Source of the DNA: Nitrospirota bacterium
Lineage (GTDB): Bacteria > Nitrospirota > Thermodesulfovibrionia > Thermodesulfovibrionales > Dissulfurispiraceae
Length of the DNA stretch: 64,000 bases
Reading direction: 5' to 3'
NCBI GenBank assembly: GCA_963790025.1
Contig: CAWBMP010000005.1
Span: 64,001-128,000 of the forward strand
The first letter of the stretch is position 1, and every line of letters starts with the position of its first letter. A model generated the notes under the pieces. The model was given only the letters and a program-made list of their open reading frames with translations. It did not search any database and was not told where the DNA came from. The position numbers and the translations under genes are program-made. Below are positions 47,729 through 56,894 of this stretch, piece after piece.

Positions 47729-48194
47729 CATTACGAAAAGAGCCGGTGATGATCAATGTGATCCCGTCGGCAAGCAGCATTAAATTTAATGTCATGCTGA
47801 TTCCATGTAATGTACTGAACCGCTTCCTGGCCGGCGAGTCAACCGGAGATCTCTCAAAAGACACTATCTCCTGCTTCGTTTTCTTTACCTCGGGATAAAG
47901 GCCAAAGTTTAAGACCAGGCCGATCAAAATTCCAACAACAAGAAGAGTGAAAGTGAGCCTATCTCTTAAACTTTTTTTTAGCCCGGATAGAAGAAAGAAG
48001 CTAAAAGTCAGCATTGCGATCACGAGAATATATGGGAAATACAAAGGAAACAGTCTATCGACGATCGCGCCGGCGGTGTCGCGCCCGAAAGACTTAAATA
48101 TAAGTGGAGTAATTAGGAATGAGAATATGAAGATGCCGCCAACCCAAAGGGCGAGCATTAAATTATAAAGAGCCACGACCATACTTTGCTCCAA
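47703..48194 (-). CDS. DUF4149/TMEM205-like membrane protein
   Basis: LWVGG..P.IF...AG.IV..LFP.YF and RFSTLHGIS; 4 TM helices. Confidence 0.8.
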   Translation of the reverse strand: MEQSMVVALYNLMLALWVGGIFIFSFLITPLIFKSFGRDTAGAIVDRLFPLYFPYILVIAMLTFSFFLLSGLKKSLRDRLTFTLLVVGILIGLVLNFGLYPEVKKTKQEIVSFERSPVDSPARKRFSTLHGISMTLNLMLLADGITLIITGSFRNAKRPASPG

Positions 48195-48313
48195 TCTCTT
48201 GTCGATATTGATTATTGGTGTGATCTGCAGATTATAAACTAAATTGGGCCGCCAACGTAAATTATTATTTGAAGAACGTTAAATGGAAGAACGCTGAGTG
48301 GTATAATGAAGAT

Positions 48314-48682
48314 ATGATGAGGTCGGCAAGAATCCTGGTTATTTATTTGTTGTATGTGGTAACAAGCTGCACCGTCGCTCCCTCAGATGGTGACATAAAG
48401 AGGGCGATCACTGATTATTTTGACAAACAAGACTATAGAGTGGCTTATCTAAAGATAGGGAGAATTGAAGATATTCATCTTGCCGAAAAAACCTACATGG
48501 GAACGCCCAGTTTTGTCGTTGAGATTTCCAGCATTGTTCTGGAAGCCCAACGGGATAAGGGCCCAGATATCATGAAGGGGAATCGCCTGACCTTTTCCGG
48601 TGCAAAAATAGGTATGAGCCAGGATGTTGAAAATAAAAGCCTCTGGCATATCTCAATTGTTTCAGGGATTGCGGTACATTGA
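48314..48682 (+). CDS. Hypothetical lipoprotein
   Basis: Hydrophobic N-terminus ending VTSC, followed by PSDGDIKRAI. The start is uncertain. Confidence 0.6.
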   Translation: MMRSARILVIYLLYVVTSCTVAPSDGDIKRAITDYFDKQDYRVAYLKIGRIEDIHLAEKTYMGTPSFVVEISSIVLEAQRDKGPDIMKGNRLTFSGAKIGMSQDVENKSLWHISIVSGIAVH

Positions 48683-48756
48683 TTTATTTTGGCAACTGTC
48701 ATAAAGTAATACTGGTACGAAAATCTTGACGGATACTGAGTAGAAGGAGGTAATCA

Positions 48757-50028
48757 ATGGCCAAACCATTGCAGGGTGAGGGCAAGGCAAGTGAAGGCAC
48801 GACCGCACAGAAAACTTCAATGACATTGATGAGCATCGAGGCCCTTCCTGTTGGCCTGAGTGTGCCCTTTGACGTTTTTCGGAAAGATGGGAGTACATAT
48901 CAGATTCTTTTAAAAAAATGGACAAAATTCGATCCTAATTTCAAGAGTACATGGAAGAGCAATGGGATTTTTTTTGTCTATGTGGAAGGGGACCCGGCGA
49001 AAGTCTATGAGTATTTTGAGAAGAAACCGGAAGAGGACCCGGCAGCAAAAATTGCCGCACATGCCTCATATGTAAAAGACAAGAATGCGTACCATAATGT
49101 CAGCAGGCTTGTATTTAAGGTTGGGTCTACCGTTGATTTTAGCCTTTTCAGAGTGGACAATCTGCGGTTTGTACCTATTCTCCAGGTATTGCAGGGCAAA
49201 ACGGCCGAGATTACCGAGGCTGTTAAGGCTTCTGAAGGAGAATGGGCAATCAAGGAGACGGATATTCCCTTATACAGGGCATATCTTTCAGCTTCTATGA
49301 AAAAAGTGGCTGCCGACAACGCTTCGTTGCAGATAAAAGTTGCCGGTGTAAAAGAAACGACGAAAATCAGCATCCGTGATGTACTTGCCGATCCGACTAA
49401 CTCAAAAAATATCGAAGGGGTAGTGTTTTCGGCAAATAGTGTAATAGGGATGCTGAAACACAAGGACGCTGTATTGGGCAATCTATTGAGCAAGAATGCA
49501 AAGGACTTCCATATATATAACCATTCCAGCAACGTAGCAGTGCTGTCGGCTTCGATGGGGATTGCCCTGCGCATGAGCGACAAGCAGGTCGAGAACCTAA
49601 GTATTGGGGCCATGATGCACGATATTGGCAAGGGTAGCATCCCCATCGAACTGCTTAATAAAAGGGAGAGGTTGACGGACCAGGAATTTGAGGTATGGAA
49701 AAAGCATGTGCCCGATGGTGTCAAGATAGCGCAGAGTCATTCGGGATTGCCGCGCGAGTGTTTCTCGGCCATAGAGCAACACCACGAACGGATGTCAGGC
49801 AACGGATATCCCAGTCGCTTGTCAGGCTCAATGATGACGAACTTCGGCAAAATCATTTCGATCATCGATTGCTTTGATTTATTGGTCACGCCTAAGCCTT
49901 TTAAGATAGCACTGACGCCTTTTATGGCACTGGATCTGATCATGAGGGAAACTAACGAAAAGAAGTATTTTGATCTGGAGCTCGTTAAGCTTTTTGTCAA
50001 AATCCTGAGATCACAGGGAAAGGTATGA
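48757..50028 (+). CDS. HD-GYP domain protein (cyclic dinucleotide phosphodiesterase-like)
   Basis: YNHSSNV, MHDIGK, KKHV, HHERMSGNGYP and IIDCFD. AGGAGG RBS. Confidence 0.9.
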   Translation: MAKPLQGEGKASEGTTAQKTSMTLMSIEALPVGLSVPFDVFRKDGSTYQILLKKWTKFDPNFKSTWKSNGIFFVYVEGDPAKVYEYFEKKPEEDPAAKIAAHASYVKDKNAYHNVSRLVFKVGSTVDFSLFRVDNLRFVPILQVLQGKTAEITEAVKASEGEWAIKETDIPLYRAYLSASMKKVAADNASLQIKVAGVKETTKISIRDVLADPTNSKNIEGVVFSANSVIGMLKHKDAVLGNLLSKNAKDFHIYNHSSNVAVLSASMGIALRMSDKQVENLSIGAMMHDIGKGSIPIELLNKRERLTDQEFEVWKKHVPDGVKIAQSHSGLPRECFSAIEQHHERMSGNGYPSRLSGSMMTNFGKIISIIDCFDLLVTPKPFKIALTPFMALDLIMRETNEKKYFDLELVKLFVKILRSQGKV

Positions 50029-50452
50029 TAACGTGCGCCGGCCTTCGTGAATATTGAGGGTTTGTTCCGGTAATATTTTTCTCGAAGAGGATTTTAGTTT
50101 TTAAACAAAAAGTTCCGAAGATGCCACTGAACTCTTGTGTCGTTGTGGACGTCCGCATTCTGTTAGAAGCTTTTCAACTTTTGCATCTTTCTTAATCTTT
50201 ATTGTGTCGCTCATTGCGTTAACCGTCGTAAAAGCGCGGTTACTCAATACTGAGGCTAATCAATAGCTTGCACTCTCACCCACAATGATCTTTATGCAAG
50301 CACTGTCTTCTCCGTGGCCAGGGAGGACGCATATTCAAGACACGCGAGGATATTACTGAAAATACATTTCTTGCCTGTTATAATAATGACAATTGAATGG
50401 GAAAAGGTGGAAAGCGAAACACAGGGTAAAGGTCAAATCGGTGGGGGCGTTT

Positions 50453-51154
50453 ATGGAGCATTCAGAAAGACTTAAAGCCATCGCAAAGGAAGCCGGCGCC
50501 GATCTCTGCGGCATTGCCGATCTGGCGCCTTTCAAGGAGAGTTGGATTGTAATACCGAAGCACCTACTGGATCATTATACGATGGCCGTGTCGATAGCCG
50601 TGAGGCTCGACAATGCGATTATTGATGCAATCAGTGATGCTCCGACAGTTGACTATGCACGGCATTACCGTGAGACTAACATGAGGCTTGATGACATTAC
50701 AGCACAGATCGTTGCATGGATAGGTACAAAAGGCTTTCAATCGTCAGCTGTACCAGCCTCTCACGTTGCCGATGAGGAAAACCTTCTTGGCTCTCTCTCG
50801 CACAAAGCAGTTGCACGCATGGCCGGCATCGGGTGGCAGGGCAAAAGCCTCCTCATTGTAAGTCCACAGTACGGCCCCAGAATTCGTCTTGCCACTGTCA
50901 TTACTGATATGCCGCTGGCGTTTGACCAGCCGATCCGAAACAGATGCGGGGAGTGTAGGGAATGCTCCGAGGCATGTCCTGTCTCAGCGATCAGAAATGT
51001 CTCAACTGGTTCTCAATACGAAAGCAGGGATGCAGCGATCGACCTCAAGAAATGTGCTGACAGGACACTTGAAGTAAAGGCTTTGCCTGGAATTGGCGTT
51101 CGTGCTTGTGGTGTATGCGTCAGGGCATGCCCTTTTGGAAGAAAGAAAAGATGA
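50453..51154 (+). CDS. Epoxyqueuosine reductase/reductive-dehalogenase-like 4Fe-4S protein (QueG-like)
   Basis: GADLCGIA, SHKAVARMAGIGWQGK, YGPRIRLATVITD, CGECRECSEACP and CGVCVRACP. Confidence 0.85.
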   Translation: MEHSERLKAIAKEAGADLCGIADLAPFKESWIVIPKHLLDHYTMAVSIAVRLDNAIIDAISDAPTVDYARHYRETNMRLDDITAQIVAWIGTKGFQSSAVPASHVADEENLLGSLSHKAVARMAGIGWQGKSLLIVSPQYGPRIRLATVITDMPLAFDQPIRNRCGECRECSEACPVSAIRNVSTGSQYESRDAAIDLKKCADRTLEVKALPGIGVRACGVCVRACPFGRKKR

Positions 51155-51184
51155 ATGGCGGTTAATAAACGAATAGGAGGCTAC

Positions 51185-51751
51185 ATGGAACTTTTTGAGG
51201 CGATTAGAACCAGACGTAGTACCAGGAGATATCTTGACAAACCGGTTGAAGAGGATAAGCTCCGGGCAGTACTGGAGGCTGTTCGCATGTCTCCGTCCTG
51301 GGCCAACATGCAGTGCTGGCGCATGGTTGTTGTAAAGGACAGGAATGTGCGCGGCAGGATTAGCGAACTGTCGTATGTCGAATCTTTATTATCTCCCAAA
51401 GGGTTCAAGTCCAACCCTTCCCAGAAAGCCCTTGCCGAGGCACCCGTAATGATTGCTCTTTGTGCCGACCCTGAAAACTCAGGGACAATTTGGGGGCAGA
51501 ACTATTATCTTGTCGACCTTGGCATTGCAGCACAGAACTTGATGCTCGCCGCCGTGGCTCAGGGTCTCGGCAGCGTATTTGTCGGGGTTTTCGACGAAGA
51601 GAAAATTAAAGCGCTTCTAAGCATCCCTGAGTCTGTTCGTATCGTAGGTCTTTTCCCGCTGGGATATCCGGCTGAAGACAAGAGAGAGGGGCCAGCCAGG
51701 AAGCAGCTCAGTGAAATCAGTTGTGATGAGAAATGGACTTTGAAGAAATAA
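51185..51751 (+). CDS. Nitroreductase family protein
   Basis: [26 protein letters not shown] and PLGYP. GGAGG RBS. Confidence 0.92.
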   Translation: MELFEAIRTRRSTRRYLDKPVEEDKLRAVLEAVRMSPSWANMQCWRMVVVKDRNVRGRISELSYVESLLSPKGFKSNPSQKALAEAPVMIALCADPENSGTIWGQNYYLVDLGIAAQNLMLAAVAQGLGSVFVGVFDEEKIKALLSIPESVRIVGLFPLGYPAEDKREGPARKQLSEISCDEKWTLKK

Positions 51752-51792
51752 ATCCTTAAATTGCAATATAAACTATGACTCTCCATTGAACT

Positions 51793-51875
51793 GGGGTCAG
51801 GACTTGAAAAATCATTTTTCCCATTCTTGGTTGTCTACAAACTAGATGGAAACTAATGTTTCAAGACCTGACCCT
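51793..51875. repeat. REP-like inverted repeat element
   Basis: GGGTCAGGACTTGAAA (51794-809) / TTTCAAGACCTGACCC (51859-874), 15/16 complementary. Confidence 0.75.
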
Positions 51876-52203
51876 ACCGACCTCCAGGACCAATGTTTCG
51901 AATGGAAATACGTAAAAGCTGTTATTAACAAATTTGCGTAGTATTCACCCATATAGAGGGCAAAGATGTTTTTTGGTTAACAGGAGTTTTTTGCAGTTTT
52001 GCAGGTCTTATCCGCAGCAGCTTGGTTTTGGCATTTTCAACATTCACCGGGATAAAGAAAATTTGGAATAGATTTTAAGTGATGCAATTCGGACACTTGC
52101 CAATAAGTGTTTTTTTTGATATTCTTTAATTATAGTTTAATTGAATTTCCATCCATAACTTCATGTCTGTGCTGAACCATAAATTATCGGAGGAGGTTTC
52201 GCA

Positions 52204-53403
52204 ATGAACAGAAGGGATTTTCTGAAGGCGGCGGCGGTTGCAACTGCTGCAGCAGCAGCAAAGCCGCTGCACGCCAGTGAACCGGAAAAGTCGCAAACTG
52301 CGGTATCCATCAAGAGCTATCGTGCAATCGGTAAGACGGGCCTGAAGATGAGTGATATATCTTTCGGGGCCGGAAAGCTCTCAGTCGCATCCCTGGTGCT
52401 CAGGGCCGTTGACAGTGGGATCAATTACTTTGACACGGCGCCTGATTACGGGATTTCGGAGAAAAGCATTGGCGAAGCCATGGGCAGGATTCAGCGGGAC
52501 AAGATAATCATCACTACCAAATTCTGTCACTCTGTGCCTTATCCCGGACATCTGCCGCCTGGCTCAAAGAAGAAAGATTTCATAGCTGCTGTCGAAGGAA
52601 GTCTGTCGAGAATGAAGACCGATTACATAGATTTTATTTTTGTCCATGCAATCGGCGATATGAGCAAGGACCTGGAAGACGAGAAGAAAAGGCTGCTCAG
52701 CGACGAGATGTTCGAGGCATTTGGAGAGCTGAAGAAGGCCGGAAAAGTCCGTTTCATGGGGACTTCTTCTCACGGCCCCAATCATATGGAAGAACTCCTT
52801 ATGACTGCAGTTAAATCGGGCCGTTTCGATCTGATCCAGCCGGCCTTCAATTTCATGAAGTTCCCCAAGTTGCCTGAGGTGATGAAAGAGGCCCACAAAC
52901 GCGGAATGGGTGTGATTGCCATGAAGACGCTTGCCGGTGCAAAAGACATGAACGTGAACGCCAAAGGGGAGGAGTTCTCCCATGCGGCTTTCAAGTGGGT
53001 GCTCAAGCACCCCGAAGTGAGCGGGCTTATTATCTCGATGAAAACGGTCTCTGATTTGGAGCTATATATCAAAGCATCTGGTCAGGAGTTCACGTCTGCG
53101 GACCAAAAAGCGCTTGACCGTTATGCGCGGCTGTACAGTAAAGAATATTGCAGGACAGGCTGCGGCGAATGCGAGGCATCATGCTCTGCCGGAGTGCAGA
53201 TAGCAACGGTGATGAGGTATCGTATGTATTTTAAGGATTATGGTATGGAGAAGAGGGCAATGGAATCTTATGCGTCCCTGAAAGGGAACGCGGCAGCCTG
53301 TGCAACATGCATCGAGCCGGCGTGCATAGCAAAATGTCCGTACGATTTACCGGTGAAGGACATGCTCTGCGATGCACATGAGACTATGTCGTTCATGGCA
53401 TGA
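52204..53403 (+). CDS. Tat-exported aldo/keto reductase with a C-terminal 4Fe-4S domain
   Basis: MNRRDFLK; GINYFDTAPDYG, ITTK and IAMKTL; CRTGCGECEASC...CATC..CIAKCP. Confidence 0.9.
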   Translation: MNRRDFLKAAAVATAAAAAKPLHASEPEKSQTAVSIKSYRAIGKTGLKMSDISFGAGKLSVASLVLRAVDSGINYFDTAPDYGISEKSIGEAMGRIQRDKIIITTKFCHSVPYPGHLPPGSKKKDFIAAVEGSLSRMKTDYIDFIFVHAIGDMSKDLEDEKKRLLSDEMFEAFGELKKAGKVRFMGTSSHGPNHMEELLMTAVKSGRFDLIQPAFNFMKFPKLPEVMKEAHKRGMGVIAMKTLAGAKDMNVNAKGEEFSHAAFKWVLKHPEVSGLIISMKTVSDLELYIKASGQEFTSADQKALDRYARLYSKEYCRTGCGECEASCSAGVQIATVMRYRMYFKDYGMEKRAMESYASLKGNAAACATCIEPACIAKCPYDLPVKDMLCDAHETMSFMA

Positions 53404-54380
53404 TGCGTTCTGTTTCACTCGGATATCGCCTTTTACTGCTGGGGCTGCTTCCATGTATCGCTGCTGTCCTGTATGTAAGAGGCCAAAGCTATGATCCTGC
53501 CCTTATCGATTTTAAGACAGCAGCGGGACCGGTGATGCCTGTGGTGAGCGCACCCCAACAACTTGTGGAGCAGGCCATGCCTGCCCCGGCTTTGCAGGAG
53601 ATTGCCGGTTTCCGGCGCTTGGGTGAGGAGCAGCACTTTACAAAGGACAATCTCTACGAACGTGTGGACGGCCATGCCGAATTTTTTATCGGCGCGGGGT
53701 TTACGGGACTTACGGTGACCGAATACGTTTCTGCCGGGTCCCGGGCGAAACAGGCGGAGATTGAGGTTGAGGTCTACGATATGGGAAAGGGCATACAGGC
53801 TTTTGGCGTCCTGTCTGATGAGTCGGGAGACAACCCGAAGGAAGTTTCTGTAGGGGCAATGGGATTCAAGACCTCGGGAGGAGTGAACTTCATTAAGGGT
53901 CGCTCCTATGTGAAGATATCTGCTTTCGACGTGAAGACCCCTGTGCTCAAATTTGCGAAAGCGTTTAGCGATACTATTTTTTCTGGTCCTCCCGGAGAGG
54001 ACTCCTTCGATAAGGTCTTCTCCAGATTTCCGGACCTGGGAAAAGTCGAAAAAACCAGGTTTATAAAGGAGGGCTATCGCGGTCTTGATTTTCTGCACAA
54101 CGTCATAGAACGCGAGTACTCCACAGGGGACAAAAAGATAGAGGTAGCACTGATGACAGGCAGCGCACAGGAAATGAAAGTGCTCCTGGCGTCTTTTGTG
54201 GATTATTTCAGGAAGTCCGGTATACGGTACGAGAGGGCCGGGAGAGACGGCAGTGAAGTATACAAGGTAATGGACAAATATGAGGGCAACTGGTTTCTTA
54301 TTCCTGCGCGCAATACGCTTTTCGGTGTGTTCGGAACGGGTGACGAAGAAATCCTGAAACACTTTGTAAAAGGGAAGTGA
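53400..54380 (+). CDS. DUF6599-like membrane-anchored periplasmic protein
   Basis: N-terminal TM; DNLYERVDGHAEFFIGAGF, EVYDMG...AFGV and KGRSYVKI. Confidence 0.7.
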   Translation: MMRSVSLGYRLLLLGLLPCIAAVLYVRGQSYDPALIDFKTAAGPVMPVVSAPQQLVEQAMPAPALQEIAGFRRLGEEQHFTKDNLYERVDGHAEFFIGAGFTGLTVTEYVSAGSRAKQAEIEVEVYDMGKGIQAFGVLSDESGDNPKEVSVGAMGFKTSGGVNFIKGRSYVKISAFDVKTPVLKFAKAFSDTIFSGPPGEDSFDKVFSRFPDLGKVEKTRFIKEGYRGLDFLHNVIEREYSTGDKKIEVALMTGSAQEMKVLLASFVDYFRKSGIRYERAGRDGSEVYKVMDKYEGNWFLIPARNTLFGVFGTGDEEILKHFVKGK

Positions 54381-54384
54381 GTTC

Positions 54385-55377
54385 ATGGCGTCGAAGAACA
54401 GCAAAAAAATTGAAGAGGTAAGCAGAAGACAGTTTCTCCTTAGAGCTGCAGTTACCTGCGGCCTCGCGGCAACTGCAGGGGCCTGGGGGTATGTTTTTTA
54501 CAGCAAAGAACCGGTACGAAGAAGCGATACAAAAATATATACGTTCGGAAATTACCGTGTTGAAGATAAAAAGGTGTATCCGCAATTGGCAGTAGTCCAT
54601 GGGACGGATGCCGACAAGATGGTGCGGGCCGCCATAGAAAAAGTGGGCGGCATAGGCCGCTTTGTGAATCCTGGTGAAAAGGTTTTGCTGAAGCCGAATG
54701 CTGCGTGGGACAGACAGCCGGAGCAGGCAGCAAACACTAACCCCGCTGTAGTGGCGGCTGTAGTGAAACTCTGCCTCGAGGCCCGGGCCTCCGAGGTATG
54801 GGTGACCGATGTTTCGGTAAACGATCCATACAGGTGTTTCAGTCGCTCCGGGATTGAGGATGCCGTGAAAAGGGCTGGAGGAAAGATCAGAGTGGCGACA
54901 GAGAACGACTTTGTGCCCACTGACCTGAAAGGAGAATCTCTTAAAGTATGGCCTGTAAGCCGCTTCTATCATCAAGTGGACAAACTTATCAACCTTCCCG
55001 TAGTGAAGAACCATTCGTTGAGTAAATGTACGATGGGGATGAAAAACCTTTATGGCTCTTTGGGTGGCCAGAGGAACCGATTACATCAGGACATCAATAC
55101 TGCTATTGCTGATCTGGCCTCAGCTATCAAACCCACGCTCACTGTTATGGACGCCACGCGAGTTCTCAAAAGAAACGGTCCTACCGGCGGGAACCTGTCA
55201 GACGTTTCCTTGGAAAATACGGTCATCGCCGGGACGGATATAGTAGCGGTGGAGGCATACGGTCTCAGGTTCCTTGACCTGAAGGTGGAAGACATTCCTT
55301 TCATCATGATGGCAGAAAAAAGGGGTGTTGGAGTTTCCGCCTGGAAATCCCTCAATGTTTCCGAACTCAACGTTTGA
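54385..55377 (+). CDS. DUF362 domain protein with a Tat-like signal
   Basis: SRRQFLL; GEKVLLKPN, NTNP, INLPVVKNH, MKNLYG and DIVAVE. Confidence 0.9.
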   Translation: MASKNSKKIEEVSRRQFLLRAAVTCGLAATAGAWGYVFYSKEPVRRSDTKIYTFGNYRVEDKKVYPQLAVVHGTDADKMVRAAIEKVGGIGRFVNPGEKVLLKPNAAWDRQPEQAANTNPAVVAAVVKLCLEARASEVWVTDVSVNDPYRCFSRSGIEDAVKRAGGKIRVATENDFVPTDLKGESLKVWPVSRFYHQVDKLINLPVVKNHSLSKCTMGMKNLYGSLGGQRNRLHQDINTAIADLASAIKPTLTVMDATRVLKRNGPTGGNLSDVSLENTVIAGTDIVAVEAYGLRFLDLKVEDIPFIMMAEKRGVGVSAWKSLNVSELNV

Positions 55378-56891
55378 TGGAAAAACTTCTTAGTTTAAGA
55401 AATATCAGACGGATATATGCAGTTTTCTTTGCAGTGCTGTTTGTGCTCCTCCTTTGGCTTACAAGCTTCAGGCGCATGAAAGGCTATGAGACTCCCTTCT
55501 TCCTTGAGCTTGATCCGCTTGTGGCAATCGCCTCTTTTCTCACGAGCTGGACTGTTTACAAGGGACTTGCCCTCTCGTTGGTTACAATCATCGGCACACT
55601 ATTCCTTGGCCGGTTTTTTTGTTCCTGGATATGTCCTCTGGGGATTATTAACCAGGCTGCGGGAAGTATTTTTTCTAAATTAAGGGCAGTAGATACAATT
55701 GCACTAAATTCCTACCGCCCTCTTTACAGGCTCAAATACTATTTTCTGGCGATCTTTCTTGTGGTCGCTGCCTTTGGTTCTCTCCAGACAGGACTACTGG
55801 ACCCATTGCCGTTTGTCACGAGGTCTTTTGCAATATCAGTATTTCCGGGGCTCAATCACAGCAGCGGCTGGCTCTATCTCAAACAGCCTCTTTTCAACGG
55901 CGGAACGCTTCTTGGAATCATTTTTCTTGCCGTGATTTTTGCAAACAGGTTTCTTCCACGTTTCTGGTGCCGCGCCATCTGCCCGTTGGGCGCTCTGCTC
56001 GGACTACTGTCTTTTAGACCGTTTGCAAGGGTATGGCGCAATGTGGACCTCTGCACCGACTGCAAAAAATGTATAGGACATTGCCACGGCGCCTGCGATC
56101 CTCATACAGCACTGCGGACCAGTGAATGTCATGTCTGCATGAACTGCATTGAGGATTGCCCTGAAGGCGCTCTCCATTATGGGTTCTCCAGGCCCTCAAG
56201 TGCAGCGCACATGCCACTTGATGTCAGCCGCCGCAGACTGATCGAAAGCGCCCTTGCAGGGGCGGTCTTTTTCCCTGTAATGCGGAGCACTATCACTTCC
56301 AAAACTTCACCGCAGTCCCTCGTGATACGGCCTCCCGGCTCATTAACGGAAGGAGATTTCCTGCGAAGATGTATCAAGTGCGGCGAATGTATGAAGGTCT
56401 GTCCTACCAATGTAATTCAGCCGTCGTTGACAGAGGCGGGATTTGAGGGAATCTGGACGCCGGTACTTATCAACCGGATCGGGTATTGTGAATATAACTG
56501 TGTGCTCTGCAGCCGCGTATGTCCCACTGGTGCCATTACACCTCTCACAGTTGAAAGAAAATTGGGAAAGGCTGCCGGACAGACACCGATCAAAATCGGC
56601 ACTGCCTTCTATGACCGGGGAAGGTGCCTGCCGTGGGCCATGAATATCGATTGCATAGTCTGCGAAGAGATGTGTCCCACATCCCCGAAGGCTATCTGGT
56701 TTGAAACCGTCCAGGTCACGCTTAGAGATGGATCAACGAAAAAATTGAAACGTCCTTATGTAGATCCCAAGCTTTGTATCGGTTGCGGGATCTGCGAGAA
56801 TAAATGCCCGATCCATGATCGCGCTGCAGTGCGTGTCACTTCCATAGGAGAAACACGCTCCTCGACTAACCAGATGATACTTAAATCCTGA
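55377..56891 (+). CDS. Membrane polyferredoxin (NapH/NosR-like TM module fused to a NapG/MauM-like ferredoxin)
   Basis: GRFFCSWICPLG, RFWCRAICPLG, IRPPGS and several CxxCxxCxxxCP motifs. Confidence 0.9.
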   Translation: MEKLLSLRNIRRIYAVFFAVLFVLLLWLTSFRRMKGYETPFFLELDPLVAIASFLTSWTVYKGLALSLVTIIGTLFLGRFFCSWICPLGIINQAAGSIFSKLRAVDTIALNSYRPLYRLKYYFLAIFLVVAAFGSLQTGLLDPLPFVTRSFAISVFPGLNHSSGWLYLKQPLFNGGTLLGIIFLAVIFANRFLPRFWCRAICPLGALLGLLSFRPFARVWRNVDLCTDCKKCIGHCHGACDPHTALRTSECHVCMNCIEDCPEGALHYGFSRPSSAAHMPLDVSRRRLIESALAGAVFFPVMRSTITSKTSPQSLVIRPPGSLTEGDFLRRCIKCGECMKVCPTNVIQPSLTEAGFEGIWTPVLINRIGYCEYNCVLCSRVCPTGAITPLTVERKLGKAAGQTPIKIGTAFYDRGRCLPWAMNIDCIVCEEMCPTSPKAIWFETVQVTLRDGSTKKLKRPYVDPKLCIGCGICENKCPIHDRAAVRVTSIGETRSSTNQMILKS

Positions 56892-56894
56892 CTT

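Noticed and set aside
50453..51751. QueG-like and nitroreductase ORFs are in frame and separated only by TGA (possible Sec or readthrough fusion)
   Set aside because: The QueG-like protein ends naturally after its last Cys motif, the TGA is not in a redox motif, and the nitroreductase has its own GGAGG RBS before ATG 51185.
53433..54404. 323-aa antisense ORF (likewise 49005-49724, 39295-39987, 5070-5753 and other shadow ORFs)
   Set aside because: Each overlaps a well-supported gene on the opposite strand and has no recognisable motifs.
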